Notes under the pieces: generated by a model
Databases searched by the model: none
Told to the model about the DNA's origin: nothing
What the model saw: the letters and a program-made list of their open reading frames with translations, nothing else
Program-made: the position numbers and the translations under genes
Part shown: positions 27,324-40,415 of the stretch, in pieces
How the letters are laid out: each line of letters starts with the position of its first letter
How positions within the stretch are numbered: position 1 is the stretch's first letter
DNA from: Catajapyx aquilonaris
Lineage: Eukaryota
Assembly (NCBI GenBank): GCA_000934665.2
Contig: KZ538456.1
Location: forward strand, 1 to 64,000
Length of the DNA stretch: 64,000 bases
Direction: 5' to 3'

Positions 27324-27539
27324 ATTTGAATGGGATTAATGTCTGGATTAACCAATCTAGATCTTCCATAATCCAGTTCAGGCCAAAGTGTTCTGTCTCC
27401 ACTACAGTACGAAAGGGTGTCCAAATGAATGGAAGGAACACTATAAAATCAGTACCATTAATATAAATTGTGTTATTTGACAACATAAGGTTGATTTTTT
27501 GTGATGGATTAAGTAATTAAGTCACAATTAAAAGTGCAG

Positions 27540-28130
27540 AATCTCACGTGATAGATTGTACGTCCCAGCTGGGAGGAGGGAGAAGATTTGTTGATTCTGC
27601 TAATTCACCTCGGACACCATTCTGGAACAGGATTTCATTCATTGTCTATGGGTTCTTTTCCATTTTGCGGTTGCGACTCCAAAATTGGGGTCGCGAGGAA
27701 GGGTTGTGACCTTGAACTGGAAAAAAAATTCTCCAAGAAAGAATTTCTGGATCCGCCACTGCCACCGCCTATTCTCCCCAGACCGTCCCTTTCTCCCTGA
27801 CCTCCCAGTCCCCCCACCACCCCCTCCCCCAGATCACCCTTTCCCCCCTCCCTCCAGATACCTGTCCACAGACAGACAGACAGACAGAGCCATGCTATAA
27901 GACGTTTTTTGATGGCTGAAAAAAGGTCCAAATGATGGGTTTGCTAGGATAGATTTTTTAAAGGGGAAAGGTGCGGTCTGGGGGTAGGAGGAGGGAGGGG
28001 GAAAGGGTAAGTCCACTTTTGGCCGAAAATGAGTTATGGGTTGTTTCAGTTTCAGTACAGTACCGTGACGGATGTTGGGGACAATAGCAGCAAACATGTA
28101 AAAGTCGACTCTAATCAAGCTCACGTGATT
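27540..28130. mobile_element. Putative non-autonomous DNA element with an (ACAG)n tract
   Basis: TCACGTGA near both ends; internal inverted pair ~27823-27848 / ~27961-27988; (ACAG)n at ~27868-27888. Confidence 0.3.
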
Positions 28131-28820
28131 TGCCAATCTTGTTTATACTGTTGTAACATCCTCACTTGCCAGCTGCCTGAGTTGTTAGCCACGCAGCCCA
28201 TGTCTCATAGGGTGTTGTCTGGTGTCTAATATTTATTGCTCTTTATTGATGGTGGTTTGTGGCTTTTGTGGCTTGATATCTGTATGCAACATAGGCATTC
28301 GCATCTTACTAGTGGGACATCCAGTGTCCAATACTCCTGTTGTTCCACAAGTCAAAAATACTGGGATGAGAAATGTTGAGGCATCATCTGGTAACAACAT
28401 GAAGAGTGACTAACGTGCATTCTCATAGACACATGTGGCACCCAACAATGCGGCTGGTGCCAAGAAGAATGGCCTGTGTACATGCAGTGGTTGCCTATGG
28501 AGCAGGATAAGGTTGCGATATTGATTACTGTGAAAAGGTGACCATTTTTCAAGGTTGCCTTATGCAGTTCAATTGGTATCACACTCGCATCATCTCCTTA
28601 GGCAACCACTCCAGGTGTATAAGTCAGTCTGCCTGCCAACAGCTGCTTCGTTGGTTGCAGCATGTGTTGCAGGGAATACAAGTGTTTGTCGTCTTCTACA
28701 TGATTACTGGTTGGTGCCTTGACATTTCAAGCCACTACATTTTACACTTGTTTCAGGCCAACAAGTACTATTTGCAGCCTGATTTCCCAGTAGTAAGAGA
28801 GACTCTGTATATACTGATAA

Positions 28821-29279
<459 letters not shown>

Positions 29280-30130
29280 TAAGCAGCTTGTTCCAAAGTG
29301 CATGACTTTTGCGGTTTGAGATAGACAGCGGATGGCATGGTAGCTGTGAACAATTTCCCTCCCACCCCTGCCCCATCTCTCTAAGTTCTTATTTTTGCAC
29401 TGTGAGCTTCCTATTTTATTCTCTTGTTGTTTTTTTTCTGGTTTTTGCTGTGGATAGGCTTGGCAAATAAATGCATGCCCTGTTACTCTTCTTTCTGTGC
29501 TTGAAACTACTTCATTTTCCTTTCCCCATTTCATACAGTTGTGAAGGGTTTTGGCGCAGGATTTAACAAGCAAGTGATGCGTAGTTACCATTCATATAGG
29601 TATATTGATCAACATGCCATTTCGTTTAACTTCCCCTTTCACATGATTATTTTACAGTAGATTAGCATTGTTAAATGGCAGAGTGGTGTCCATCGAATTT
29701 ACTGGATGTGGTGTTTGAGGACAAATGTGAGGTGCTAAGTGAAACATGAAATGCTCTTATAGTGAGTTCAATTGACATGTGTGCAAGGGTCACTCTGATG
29801 AAAGTTAGCCAGTCACCCATATGCAGACCCATGGTAAAAATGGGCTAAAAATCCTCAATTGTCTAATCTATCAGAGGTCTCTAATTTGGTTCACATTCGA
29901 GTGGTAGGAGAGCCAGATGATATTTCCAAAGGGATCCACCACACACCTTATCAGCTCCAACTGCTGAGTGACATGCAAAAATGCAATGGGATAGGTGTCT
30001 CAGTGGGATTAGGAGTAAGTACGTTTGAATAAACCATGAATTTTACGCCATTATTCCATCAATTTCTTCCCACCTACCCCCTTTATCCTGTGTCACTCCA
30101 TGCCTCTCACCGTTATGGCTGTTGGACCTG

Positions 30131-30224
30131 GTACTATGGGCGCCAAAAGACTTGACCGGGGTTGATGGGTATATAGCGCCATATACCCATCAACTCCGGT
30201 CAATTCTTTTGGCGCCCATAGTAC
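30131..30224. mobile_element. Palindromic hairpin element, GTACTAT-end group
   Basis: GTACTATGGGCGCCAAAAGA...TCTTTTGGCGCCCATAGTAC, a near-perfect 94-bp foldback. Confidence 0.8.
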
Positions 30225-31079
30225 AAGTGGTGGAAATAATGGAGAAGCACAAGTGTCGCCTCCTGGCAGAGTATTCCCTCTACATGAAGCAGCTTCATGT
30301 AGAGCATGATCTTAGAATACTCAGTTCTGGTCACTCTCTCCTACTCCCTGCCAGGGCGTTTTGCATGGGGTGCTCATCTGAGAGCACCATGAGACATTTC
30401 AGAGCACTGGTATGTGGCGGCCCTACCGGACTACACTGAACTTTATAGGTACAAAGGGGAACTGCTACACTGGGGGACCCAACATGGTCGCCGGCAGCCA
30501 TGTTGGGCCCGCATGTAGCACTTCCCTTTTGTACCTATAAAGTTCAGCGTAGTCCGGTAGGGTCCCCCCATACTAGTGCTCTGAAATGTCTGAGGTGAGC
30601 ACCTCCTGCAAAATGCCCCGGCAGGCGATAAGATCAGAATGTAGTATAAGTGTCTGGGGGCTGATGTAGAGCAGCCCCGTACACTCCCCACCATTTTGTG
30701 TGAGGTTAGCTCTGCTCCCCCACCGAGGGGGTTTGCCACAGGTGGCGCTGGGATCAGGAGCCAAGATAGGTGCGCCACCACTAGCGGGAAATTTTGAAGC
30801 ACTTAGCTCGACTCTGATTGTCTGGGGTAGTATAGGAGGCCTTAACTACTCCAGCCTATCGGAGTCGACCCATATGATTCACAATTTCCTGCTAGTGGGA
30901 GTACACCTATCTTGGCTCCTGATCCCAGTACTGCCCTTGGCAAACCCCCTAGGTGGGGGAGCAGAGCTAAGCTCACAGGGGGAGCAATGTATAAGGTATA
31001 CGAGTGTCTGGGGGCTGATGTAGAGGGAAAACTCCGCTAGGAGGCGACACTTGTGCTTCTCCATTAATTTCCACCACTG
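30224..31079. mobile_element. Tc1/pogo-like non-autonomous element containing two long internal hairpins
   Basis: TA-flanked ~65-bp TIRs (C(A)AGTGGTGGAAAT...CCCTCTACAT); hairpins at 30347-30625 and 30700-30976. Confidence 0.75.
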
Positions 31080-31159
31080 TACACTCTGTGATGGGCTCCC
31101 TTTGGAAATGCCTTCTGGTTGTCATACCATTTGGATGTTAACCCAATTTAGAACACTGG

Positions 31160-31302
31160 TATCATCAGTTCAAAAAGAATTGTCCCAGTCATCCTGATGT
31201 GTGTGCTGCCCGCTCGACACACCATGTAACTTACATGGTGTGTGTCGAGCGGCCAGCCCACACGTCAGGATGACTGGGACAGTTCTTTTTGCACTGTTGA
31301 TA
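31160..31302. mobile_element. Palindromic hairpin element
   Basis: TATCATCAGTTCAAAAAGAATTGTCCCAGTCATCCTGA... foldback centred on CCATGTAACTTACATGG. Confidence 0.75.
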
Positions 31303-33159
31303 CATAAGAGATGTCATGATTTTTCTCATATTGCTACTGGGCCTTGTTCGTAACCATGTGTGGGTATGATTGACTGTCTCAGTTTCATCTGAATGAACCT
31401 TGTATTAAAATGTAAAAAGCCTGTAGCAATGCTGTGAATTTATCTTTGGCATGTACACATTGTTACTTGAACATGTTTTCTTGTATGGTGCTACAACACC
31501 CTTTTCTTTTTTAGCTCATTCTTGCCATTGCCTTAGTGAAGGCTCCACCAGTACTTTATCTCCATAAGTTTGTTGATGTTATTTTTTAGCAACTTGTGCC
31601 TTAGAATTTTGCATTCTGTATTTTATTTTAGGGTTTATTTGGCCCTAGGAATTGCCTTCCACCTGAACAGTGCTTTAGTTGTTACACCCTTTGTGCAGGA
31701 TAAGTTTATGAGAGGTGTTACATAGGTATGAGCTAAGACAATGTAGCAAGGAATTGATTTGTCATGAAAAGTATAATAGTTGCAGAAAATTTGACTATGC
31801 CATGGTTCTTCACTTTCAAACAAAGCCTACTAAAATTATATTGCTGCGAGATTTTTTTTTGTACTGTTACACCAGGATTATATTTTAAAATCTGAATTAA
31901 TATTAATTTTTAAATAACTGGCTGGATGTCTGGGCTACAGCATTCATATTGCCGAAGTCATACGGAGCATAACACATTCCAAAGATTTTCTGTATTTACT
32001 ATTACGAGGTTTTCATATTGCATTGGAATTGTTAATCACACTTTCAGATTACTACACAGAAGGGCATACACATATATTGTGTGGTAGTAGGTGACATAGT
32101 TATTCCTGGTGGGGTACATGGTGATTGTTGTCCAGTGGTCCAAGAGCTACTTTCTTGACTCAGATACATCAGTATTTTGTCTTCTATTCCAATCTGTATT
32201 CAAAATGTGGCTAAGGAGATGATGAAGGTAATTTGGATATTGATTCCCAGTGCATACGGTACATATTTGGAGTCAGATATTTGTTGGATTTTTCACCTAT
32301 GTTTGCAATGAGAGACAGCTCTCTTTTGTGAGTCTCTGGTACATACAAAAGTAAGTCTGTTTTTAGTCCAGTGTAAGTTTGTAGCACTGCAGGTTTACAG
32401 TGACATGCAGGGGTGATTCTTAGTAGGTCTTCTTGAGCCCCAGTGGCAACCAGAGTTACCATATTATCAATTGATTTAACCCAACACCTCCCTCTAGAAG
32501 GGATTTGTGCATGTACAAAAATCGCATACAATTTTGTTAGGAGAACAGGGCTAACCTTGGTGAAGAACTGAGGAGTTTGTTTTTTGATTCAACCTAGAGG
32601 ACCAGTGCAGTACAGGTTCCATGATGACACCCTCCCACCCCACCTAATTGACCGTCCATCTTTACTGCAAAACGTGCCATTTTCCACACTTGGTAGGGCT
32701 CACCAGTAGACTGAGTAGAGGGCTACTGAACTGAAAAAAGAAACAGCTGAAACAGCTTTTTGGGATCATGATTGTACTAGCTGTCTACCAAAAAACTTTC
32801 CAATCTTGAACCTGTCACGGGGTATATCAATTCATCTGCATGTTGGTGCAGCTCTAAGTGAAGAAATTGTGTACTGATATGTAGGTTATTGAAGGTCACG
32901 AGAAGATTATGGTGACAATTCCATATGGCTGACAACCAACAAAGGTTGATAAAACTGCCTGCCCTAGGTAAAAGCATCCACTTACCTTACAACAACTGAG
33001 CATGTCTGTATTTTAATTTGTGGCACAGGTAGTATACTATGGATTGGGGAGCCCCCACGCCAAGATGTATTTATTAGTACATTCTGGTTTGAGAAATATC
33101 TGAATGTAGGATTAAGTTGACCAAACACAATAAGCTGCATGAATATTATTTTCTCCCAG

Positions 33160-33380
33160 GTGGCTCACATGGAGGAAACAGCGTCCAAGCAAGTACGTAT
33201 GACTCTGAGGATCTTCCCCCAGCTGGAAATGGAAACCGAGGGACTGGACAGGGTGGTGGCGGAAGTGGCCGAAGGAGTGGTGGAAATGGAGGTGCCCCTC
33301 CCAATGGACGCCCTTCATCTGTCACGTACAACTATAATGAGAAGACCATGCTCCTGAGCTCTGATGATGAGTTTCAATGA
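33160..33380 (+). CDS. TMEM184B: TMEM184B coding exon 6 (terminal)
   Basis: TTCTCCCAG acceptor in phase 1; Gly-rich linker, then EKTMLLSSDDEFQ*, matching the conserved TMEM184B C-terminus. Confidence 0.9.
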
Positions 33381-35363
33381 AGATCTTGACCAATTCAGAG
33401 AAGAGACAAATCTTGGGACAAAGGCCTCATTACCCCCTCCTCTTAAGTGGTTTCAACCACTTTATCTCACTAATATCTGTGAAGATGTGTAAGTTACTTA
33501 AATATAAAATGGAGGTGAACCCTCCATTTTTGTACAGTGTTGTGGAAACTTCTTCATGTGCAAAGCAGGTTGTGAGGAGGTGTGACCATGAATGACTGAA
33601 TGGGAGCACTGAAAGGGGGCATCTCTTTATGTTATATAACAGCGCATCGCTTTTAATGTTTAATTTATTGCTTTTCAAAGTATGGTGTGCATGTTCCTCC
33701 TCCCATATTTGTTATGTCTGTTGCGATTGGTGTGCATTTGTGCATTTTTTGTCTTAAAAATGGGGGACGGAAGGCTTCATAAGGTTGGCGGGGGAGGCAC
33801 GCTCTCTTTCCATATGTCACCACTTTCTAATGGCGCCTCATCCTGCACTGTTTCATTTGGTCCTGCCCCCAACTTTGGAGTGGGGTTGCTCTGCTTTCCG
33901 CAATTTTGGTGCTCACATGTTTCAACACGTTCAACCATATTTGGGCCAATCAGTGGCCTCCCCTTCAAACCTTCTTGTATTTTTGTAAGGCTCCGCCAAT
34001 TTCTGCAGAGTCTCTCTTGGAAGATAATTATTTTAGAAAACGTTGGTTTTATGAGTGTAAAGAGAAAAAAAGTCCATATATTCACAGTTACGTTGGTTAA
34101 TTGTACAGTACAGTACATATCGGGTGTACTCTCCCCTGAAACAGGTGAAATTATGTTTTTTCCATTGTTCCTAGCTGTTACCACATCTTGATTATTCGTA
34201 AGTGTGAATGTCAAAAATGTACATTTTAATGGAATTGTTCTGGACCAATTACAGTGGGTGACTCGATTAACTGGAATTTGGTTCACTGGCCTCTCCTAAA
34301 GCCTCCTACTTTGTTTCGATTTGTTGCCTTGGTTGTAATTTAGAGCCAAAGAACTAAAACATGTTTTAACTCTTGTACAGATGTCAGTAGATTTTCTTGT
34401 GGAAGTTGTGCAATGAGGGCATTGCTGCTTTTGTCAGGGCCACATGATTTGCTGTCACTTGGTGAGAGTGGACGACAAAGTTTATTGTGATGCCAATGAC
34501 GAGTTTTTCCCAGCTGTGTGTGGAGGAAAATTCATTCTTGAAATTCCCCTTGATCTACTGAGGATGATATTGCCAGCTATAAAACCTATGTATAAAAAGC
34601 ACGAATTTGTTGTTTTAATATTATCCTGCATCAGAAATCTTAAAATTTACACTTTGCAATCTAAAAGCAGAGATTAAATAACACTCGAATACTGTACATG
34701 TTTTGTATTTAAGTTTCTGTAAAGTCAGGTACAGATATATTTGACAAATACACAGTACAGAAGCATTGCTTCAAAATATTATTTTGGAATGAAAAATATT
34801 TGCTGGGACTACAATACTTTCCCTCCACATAATTGTCATTTTTCACATGCTAGAAGTGGGTATGATGAAGAACGTGTCTTTCATTCAGATGTGGTAGGGA
34901 TAGATAGACATATGGTCACGATTACAACTCACACTGTTTTGCAAATAGTAATGTTGTGGCCATCTGAGCCAAAGAACATTGCTGCATTTCCGCTAATGAA
35001 ACTTATTTCCATAGCTTCATTTAGATAGTCGGATCCAATTATACAAAGATTGTTGCCATTGATAAAATGTTACATTTTCACACTAGGATGCTATGTTTTG
35101 TTGGGGCAGCAGCTGTAGGCATCTGGAAGGCCACAATATTACTAATGTGCATACAGCATTTTGATGTTGACTCATGGTTGAAATGTGCAGATGCACAGTC
35201 TGTATGCCTAGGGCTGATGTCTGTATATATGTACATAAAAAAGTGATAACTTTCCGTACTGTATCTAATGCACTGGGGATCTTTGTCATTTATCTAAAAA
35301 TAATGCCTCACGGTAGCTGAAATGTACAAAAAAAGGCTACACAAAATACACAAGATTTGAGTC

Positions 35364-35962
35364 TTAGAGGCGTGATGCAGTGGACGACGAAGTGTCCTCA
35401 CTGCCTGGCTCGGAAATGGCTGAATCACCCTCGGATGATCCACCTAACTTCTCCACATTGGCCTTGATTATCACATTGGTATTGCCACCACCTGCATCCA
35501 GGAGTTCCTCCAGTTGCTCCCTACTTCCACTACACTCTTCCACTTCCCCTCCAATAACCTGTCGCAGAGAGTCTCCAGCATGCCACAGCACCATTGGCCT
35601 TTGGCGTCGGCCCAATTCCTGTGCCAGTTCCTTCAGACCCTGCGCGGCTGTGAAGTCTGAAGTAGCCACTTGCCGGCAGTCGATCACAAGAGGTGTTGTT
35701 TCATCAGTATTGTTAGACACGGTTGCCTTTTCCAATATGTGACGCACTCGCCCAGCTGCTGGGAACAAGAGACTGCGATCGGGTCTTGCCAGCAGGTAAG
35801 CAGCTCCAGATGCTGTTGTCTGACGTACGGTGTGAACTAGTGGACGAGCTGCATGAAGTAATATGAAAAGGATGCTCACACCTATTCCTGCTAACATTCC
35901 ATACTGAGGTCCCACGACAAGGCAAACCACAAATGTGATGGTGGCTGGAATCAGTTCAATTT
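35364..35962 (-). CDS. SLC26A11: SLC26A11-type anion transporter, terminal exon (last TMs and STAS domain)
   Basis: KIELIPATITFVVCLVVGPQYGMLAGIG...PDRSLLFP...LVIDCRQVATSDFTAAQGL; stop at 35364. Confidence 0.9.
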
Positions 35963-36019
35963 CTGAAAGAAGACCAAATTATGAGCACATGTTCACAGGC
36001 ATCTCCCTTCACAACCTAC

Positions 36020-36160
36020 TTTGTGTGCGCCACAGCTGCAGTGGCAAGTGGAATTCAACCATGAACAAGACAGCGCAGACTATTACCGCACTGAGGCTGG
36101 CTTTAGGAATAAAGTAGAAGGACGGAGTCAGGATAGCCAGAGCCATCAGTACTAGTGCAC
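36020..36160 (-). CDS. SLC26A11: SLC26A11 coding exon
   Basis: GALVLMALAILTPSFYFIPKASLSAVIVCAV; AG/GT junctions phase-consistent; 57-nt downstream intron. Confidence 0.92.
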
Positions 36161-36227
36161 CTGTAAGAGACATATATTGAGGAAAACTGTCCAGCCGGTA
36201 TTCACAGATCTATCACATTAGCTGTAC

Positions 36228-36389
36228 CTGTGAAGAGCCCCCCTAGAGGTGTACGAACTCCTGATGCATGATTGACACAGCTACGAGTGAAGGAACCTGT
36301 GACTGGCATGGAGAGTACACAAGATCCTAGGATATTGGCCATCCCCAGTGCCACCATCTCCTGTGATGCATCCACTGTCTCACCTCCAG
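36228..36389 (-). CDS. SLC26A11: SLC26A11 coding exon
   Basis: DASQEMVALGMANILGS...PVTGSFTRSCVNHASGVRTPLGGLFT, the SLC26 TM9-TM10 signature. Confidence 0.95.
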
Positions 36390-36870
36390 CTGGAAGGATG
36401 AGTTTCATTATATTTTTTATCGACCAGAAAGAAATTTCAGCCAATTATTTTGAGAGGCAGATATTTTATTTTACTTCTACGTCACTAATGATTCATGGAT
36501 CTTATTTTTTGTAGCTTTTTGCACACTGCACACATAGATTCGAGTCAACACTAATAACCAAATGTATTTTTATGCCGCATCTCTATTTAAACCATTCTTG
36601 ACTTTGTGCAGCGCCTGACGCATACATTGCACTTGCATATTATACGAATCAAGAAGTGCGAAGAGGATTAACTGTGTCCTGAAGGAACTAGAAATAACAT
36701 GACAATCTTGTCTTAATTTCGTAGATTACATTGTTTGTGATAAGACACACCAATCATCCTGACAAAACAATGGAATTCTTTAATCATACATGTAAGTCGG
36801 GCCAAAGGGCTGTCGAAAATGTACGATTTCACAACTATCTACTAGTTTGGATAAGGATGGAAATTCGTAC

Positions 36871-37035
36871 CAAATGCACGAGCAATGGCCACGTGCTCCA
36901 TGACCCCGAGCAGTGGTAAAATGGCCAAAGCATCTCCAGATTCCATAGCCAAGTCGATCAGACCAAGAGTTCGGTTCCCTTCCTGCATGCTGATAGGTGG
37001 CCAGCTGAATGGGGGTAATCCGGGCTCAATGGAAC
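36871..37035 (-). CDS. SLC26A11: SLC26A11 coding exon
   Basis: GSIEPGLPPFSWPP...LPLLGVMEHVAIARAF. Confidence 0.93.
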
Positions 37036-37092
37036 CTGTTTTAAGCAACAAGGTCAGATGTCGTCTAATATACCACATCTATTTATATTCAC

Positions 37093-37327
37093 CTGTCAGA
37101 AGGAACGGTTCCAAACCGGCACAGCTCAATATAAAAGCGATCAAGGCGCATAGGACAACCACCAGAGCATTCCTGGAGGTGGACAGCAGCCAGGTCACTC
37201 GTGGCATGAAACGTCGACAGAAAGCAGCACCTCCTCTTTGCGCCTCCGGATCCTCTTCATCAGATATGGAGGCCGAAGCAGGAGGTTGATCACTTTGTAA
37301 GCATCTGGAGAGCAACGATGGTAGTTT
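37093..37327 (-). CDS. SLC26A11: SLC26A11 coding exon
   Basis: WLLSTSRNALVVVLCALIAF...PFLLTG; flanking introns of 59 and 57 nt. Confidence 0.92.
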
Positions 37328-37386
37328 CTGGAATAGAAAGGGTTGCTCCAGACACGTTCTGTTAGAAACTCAATTGGTCTACTGAC

Positions 37387-37607
37387 CCTGCAGGTCAGCA
37401 GGACGGCAATGCAACAGGTGGACAGCACCAGGTCAGCCCATCTAGTCTCGCTAATATGGTGTATGACCCCCATCCAGGACTGCACGAAGCCATCAGCATG
37501 GAATGAGAGGCCCAACAACCCCTTGACCTGGGTCGAGGCAATGGTGATGGCCGCAGCCGAAGTGAAGGCCAATGTCACAGGCGCCGACACGAAATCCACC
37601 AGAAAAC
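37387..37607 (-). CDS. SLC26A11: SLC26A11 coding exon
   Basis: GFLVDFVSAPVTLAFTSAAAITIASTQVKGLLG. Confidence 0.95.
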
Positions 37608-39234
37608 CTTTTAAGAGAAAGCGGTTAGTACAAAAGGTATGAGGCCATGGCCAATGACCACTGCTTGCAAGCAGTACGAACCACTTCCAGCCAATGGAGC
37701 AGTCAGTAAGATGCTGTCACTCACCTTCTCTATTGTATTCATTTTTGCGAAGGCTGAGATGGACATTAACAACAAAGTGCGCGCAATGGCGAAATAAGGA
37801 TCATGTACTTCTATTTCGGGCTCACAAGGCAAGGCCGTTTATGGCATGAATATACTAGTATTTTACTACACCGTATAATCCTCATACTAAGGCTATAAAG
37901 ACGTTGGGTGTGGCCTTCTACCTTGACACACACTCGTATGTCTCCAGTATGACAACATCCCTTTCTTGTAAAGAACAATCTTTCACATTGTTTGACAGGG
38001 TCGCCCATTCAGACATAGTCAATCTGGAATGCTCCAAACAATGTCACCTTTATAGTTGTCCTTAGAATAATTTATAGCAATGCATTTTAGTCTGCGAGGT
38101 CTCGGCATAAATTTATTTAACAGGCTGCATATATTGCACCTGCCGGAAATAGTCAATCCGTTTGATGAGCTGATTACCTGGCTTAGGGGACCTATGTTGT
38201 GACTCAAGTGCCGATCTTTGATTACATCAGTTTGCTGTTTACACTTGCAGGCGCTTAAGTTTATGGGCATGTTATCATCATGCCTTCCACTTCTGTTGGT
38301 GGTAATCTTTCAATTGCATTCAAGTACGACTAATCGTATCGTTACCACCCTTTTTTTTAAAGGGAAGTGTGTGTCAATATTTTTGTAGACATGTAAAATG
38401 AATAGCCAGCCGGACATTAACAGTGTGAACCTACCAATAGCTGATACAGCAAAAGGTCACTCCTCGATATACCATCTCGACACCCTACAACGTAGTCTAC
38501 TTGCGATACTGTTTATGGAATGTAATGGAAACGATTAGAAACTGCATAGTTCATTGTACCTATTTACAAATCTGTACATTCCTAAACTATCTCTTATTTG
38601 GTACCGGACCTGAATTTATACGTAGTATGCTTCATCAAGCGTTCATTTCACCACATCCAACTTTCTCTGCGGTCAGCATATTCATGTTCCCACCCTTCCC
38701 CCCTCGTAACCTCATTTCCGCAACTACAAAAAAAAAAGAGGACTATTAAAGAGAGTGAATATATGAACTCATTTGTGGGAGTTAAAAGTCCAGTACCGTT
38801 TGACATTTTATGTTGCACTTGACCGACTTGCACTAAACCGACCCTGTATCACCCACCTCTTGATATAAGTACTTGAGGAAGCGTATATCGAGTTGTGCAC
38901 ACGGCACAGGAAACGTTATTGATAGCATACGTGTATTTCGGAATTCCGATGGTCGACAGGTTTTTATCACGTTTTACCGTTGGGGGAAAAAGCCCAAATG
39001 ATTTTATGATATAACTAGCAAAAAATAAAAAAATAATAATAAATGTTATTTTGGCAATATGCAGACCCATGTGGATGCGTGTCAAGGTGATATTTAGGAA
39101 ATAGAAATACCTTGATAATTGAATAATATGAGATTCAGAATAAAAATTGCATTTAAATTTGGCATCGTAACAAGGGACACTATCGTTGAGAATTTCTATC
39201 ATATTGACAATATTTTCTATGACGATAGCGGTAA

Positions 39235-39282
39235 ACAATGCGAGTTTGTTTGAGCACAATGAGAGTTTGTTTGAGCACAATG
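39235..39282. repeat. 21-bp tandem duplication
   Basis: ACAATG(C/A)GAGTTTGTTTGAGC repeated about 2.3 times. Confidence 0.7.
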
Positions 39283-39518
39283 ATTGTACTTTCTATAGCT
39301 TAATTTGAATTTCGACACAACTGTCACCATATTACATTATTTTTTATTATACCCCCTGTGCTGACTTCTAACCAACTTTGCCGACAGTGAGCAATATACG
39401 CTGATTCTCGGTCACACGGTATAAATGTTCGGTTTGGACCAGTATATAAGTCAAGAAAAGGATGATGCGTGATACGGCTATAGAATGACTGTGTCGCATA
39501 CAACCTTGGTTGACTCAC

Positions 39519-39714
39519 CCATATTGAAGAAGCCAGCGAGAGCAGTGATGAGTCCGGAGGCGAAGGCCAGGAACACGGCGAATTCAGGTGGACGACCTCC
39601 GGTGTACGAGAAGGTGATCAGAGCCAGAAGGGCAGTTGGACCAATAGTCATCACACGGGTTCCTCCCCAGACAATATAGGCGAAGCATCCCATGAAACCC
39701 GAGTACAATCCGTA
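39519..39714 (-). CDS. SLC26A11: SLC26A11 coding exon
   Basis: YGLYSGFMGCFAYIVWGGTRVMTIGPTALLAL, the SulP/SLC26 signature. Confidence 0.95.
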
Positions 39715-40118
39715 CTATTCAAAAAATGGGAAAGACACGCTGTTTAGTATGGTATTCATTGCATTCATATGTAATGTTAGTATGTTGGGTATCTGCCATA
39801 ATTGCGCGCGGCGTGCTGGAACCAGCATCAACATGATTGTGCTAAACTATGTACCAGTCAGGAAAAAACATGTTACCTTGAGGGACAATCGGTTTCCTTC
39901 ATTGCATCATAGTACCCTATACAATATATTTTTTTTGCAATTTTAAGCAACAATATTGTGTGTCTATACCACTCATGAACAACTAAGTTATGTTAAAAAA
40001 GAATCAATTTGCATATCCACCTGCACGAACCACGCGCATCATTTGTCAGTACCCTCATCAAAAAAAAAAAAAAAGTAGCGTGCATACTACTGTAATTAGT
40101 AACTAAAAATTGGCTTAC

Positions 40119-40415
40119 CTGAGGAGGCAGATCAGCCACCACCGCATATGCCAAACCCTGTGGTATGACCGTCAACGCCACCGTAATACCCGCTATAATG
40201 TCCGGGAAGAGATCCGCCAGCCTGTAAGCCGGCAACCATCTCAGAAGAGGAAACCTCCTCTTGACCCCTCTACAGCAGGCTCTCCCCATCCGATATGCCA
40301 CATGTGGTCTCTCGCCTGCCAAATGCCAAAAACAACAATCAACACAACCAGTCATCAACCAAGTTTCCATCCAACACGCACTGTCATCTGTACGATCCTC
40401 CGTGGCAACCCCCAT
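40119..40415 (-). CDS. SLC26A11: SLC26A11 N-terminal coding region (may contain a 66-nt intron at 40316-40381; start uncertain)
   Basis: ATG at 40415 in gagATGg context; RRFPLLRWLPAY...DIIAGITVALTVIPQGLAYAVVADLPPQ; donor GTAAGC at 40118. Confidence 0.8.

Noticed and set aside
30122..31064. Paired ORFs sharing MEKHKCRLLAE
   Set aside because: These are translations of the two TIRs of a non-coding element.
33682..34286. Overlapping 169-aa ORFs on both strands
   Set aside because: No recognisable domain; they lie in the probable TMEM184B 3' UTR.
35364..35375. C-terminal SRL as a peroxisomal PTS1
   Set aside because: PTS1 targets soluble matrix proteins, not polytopic membrane transporters.
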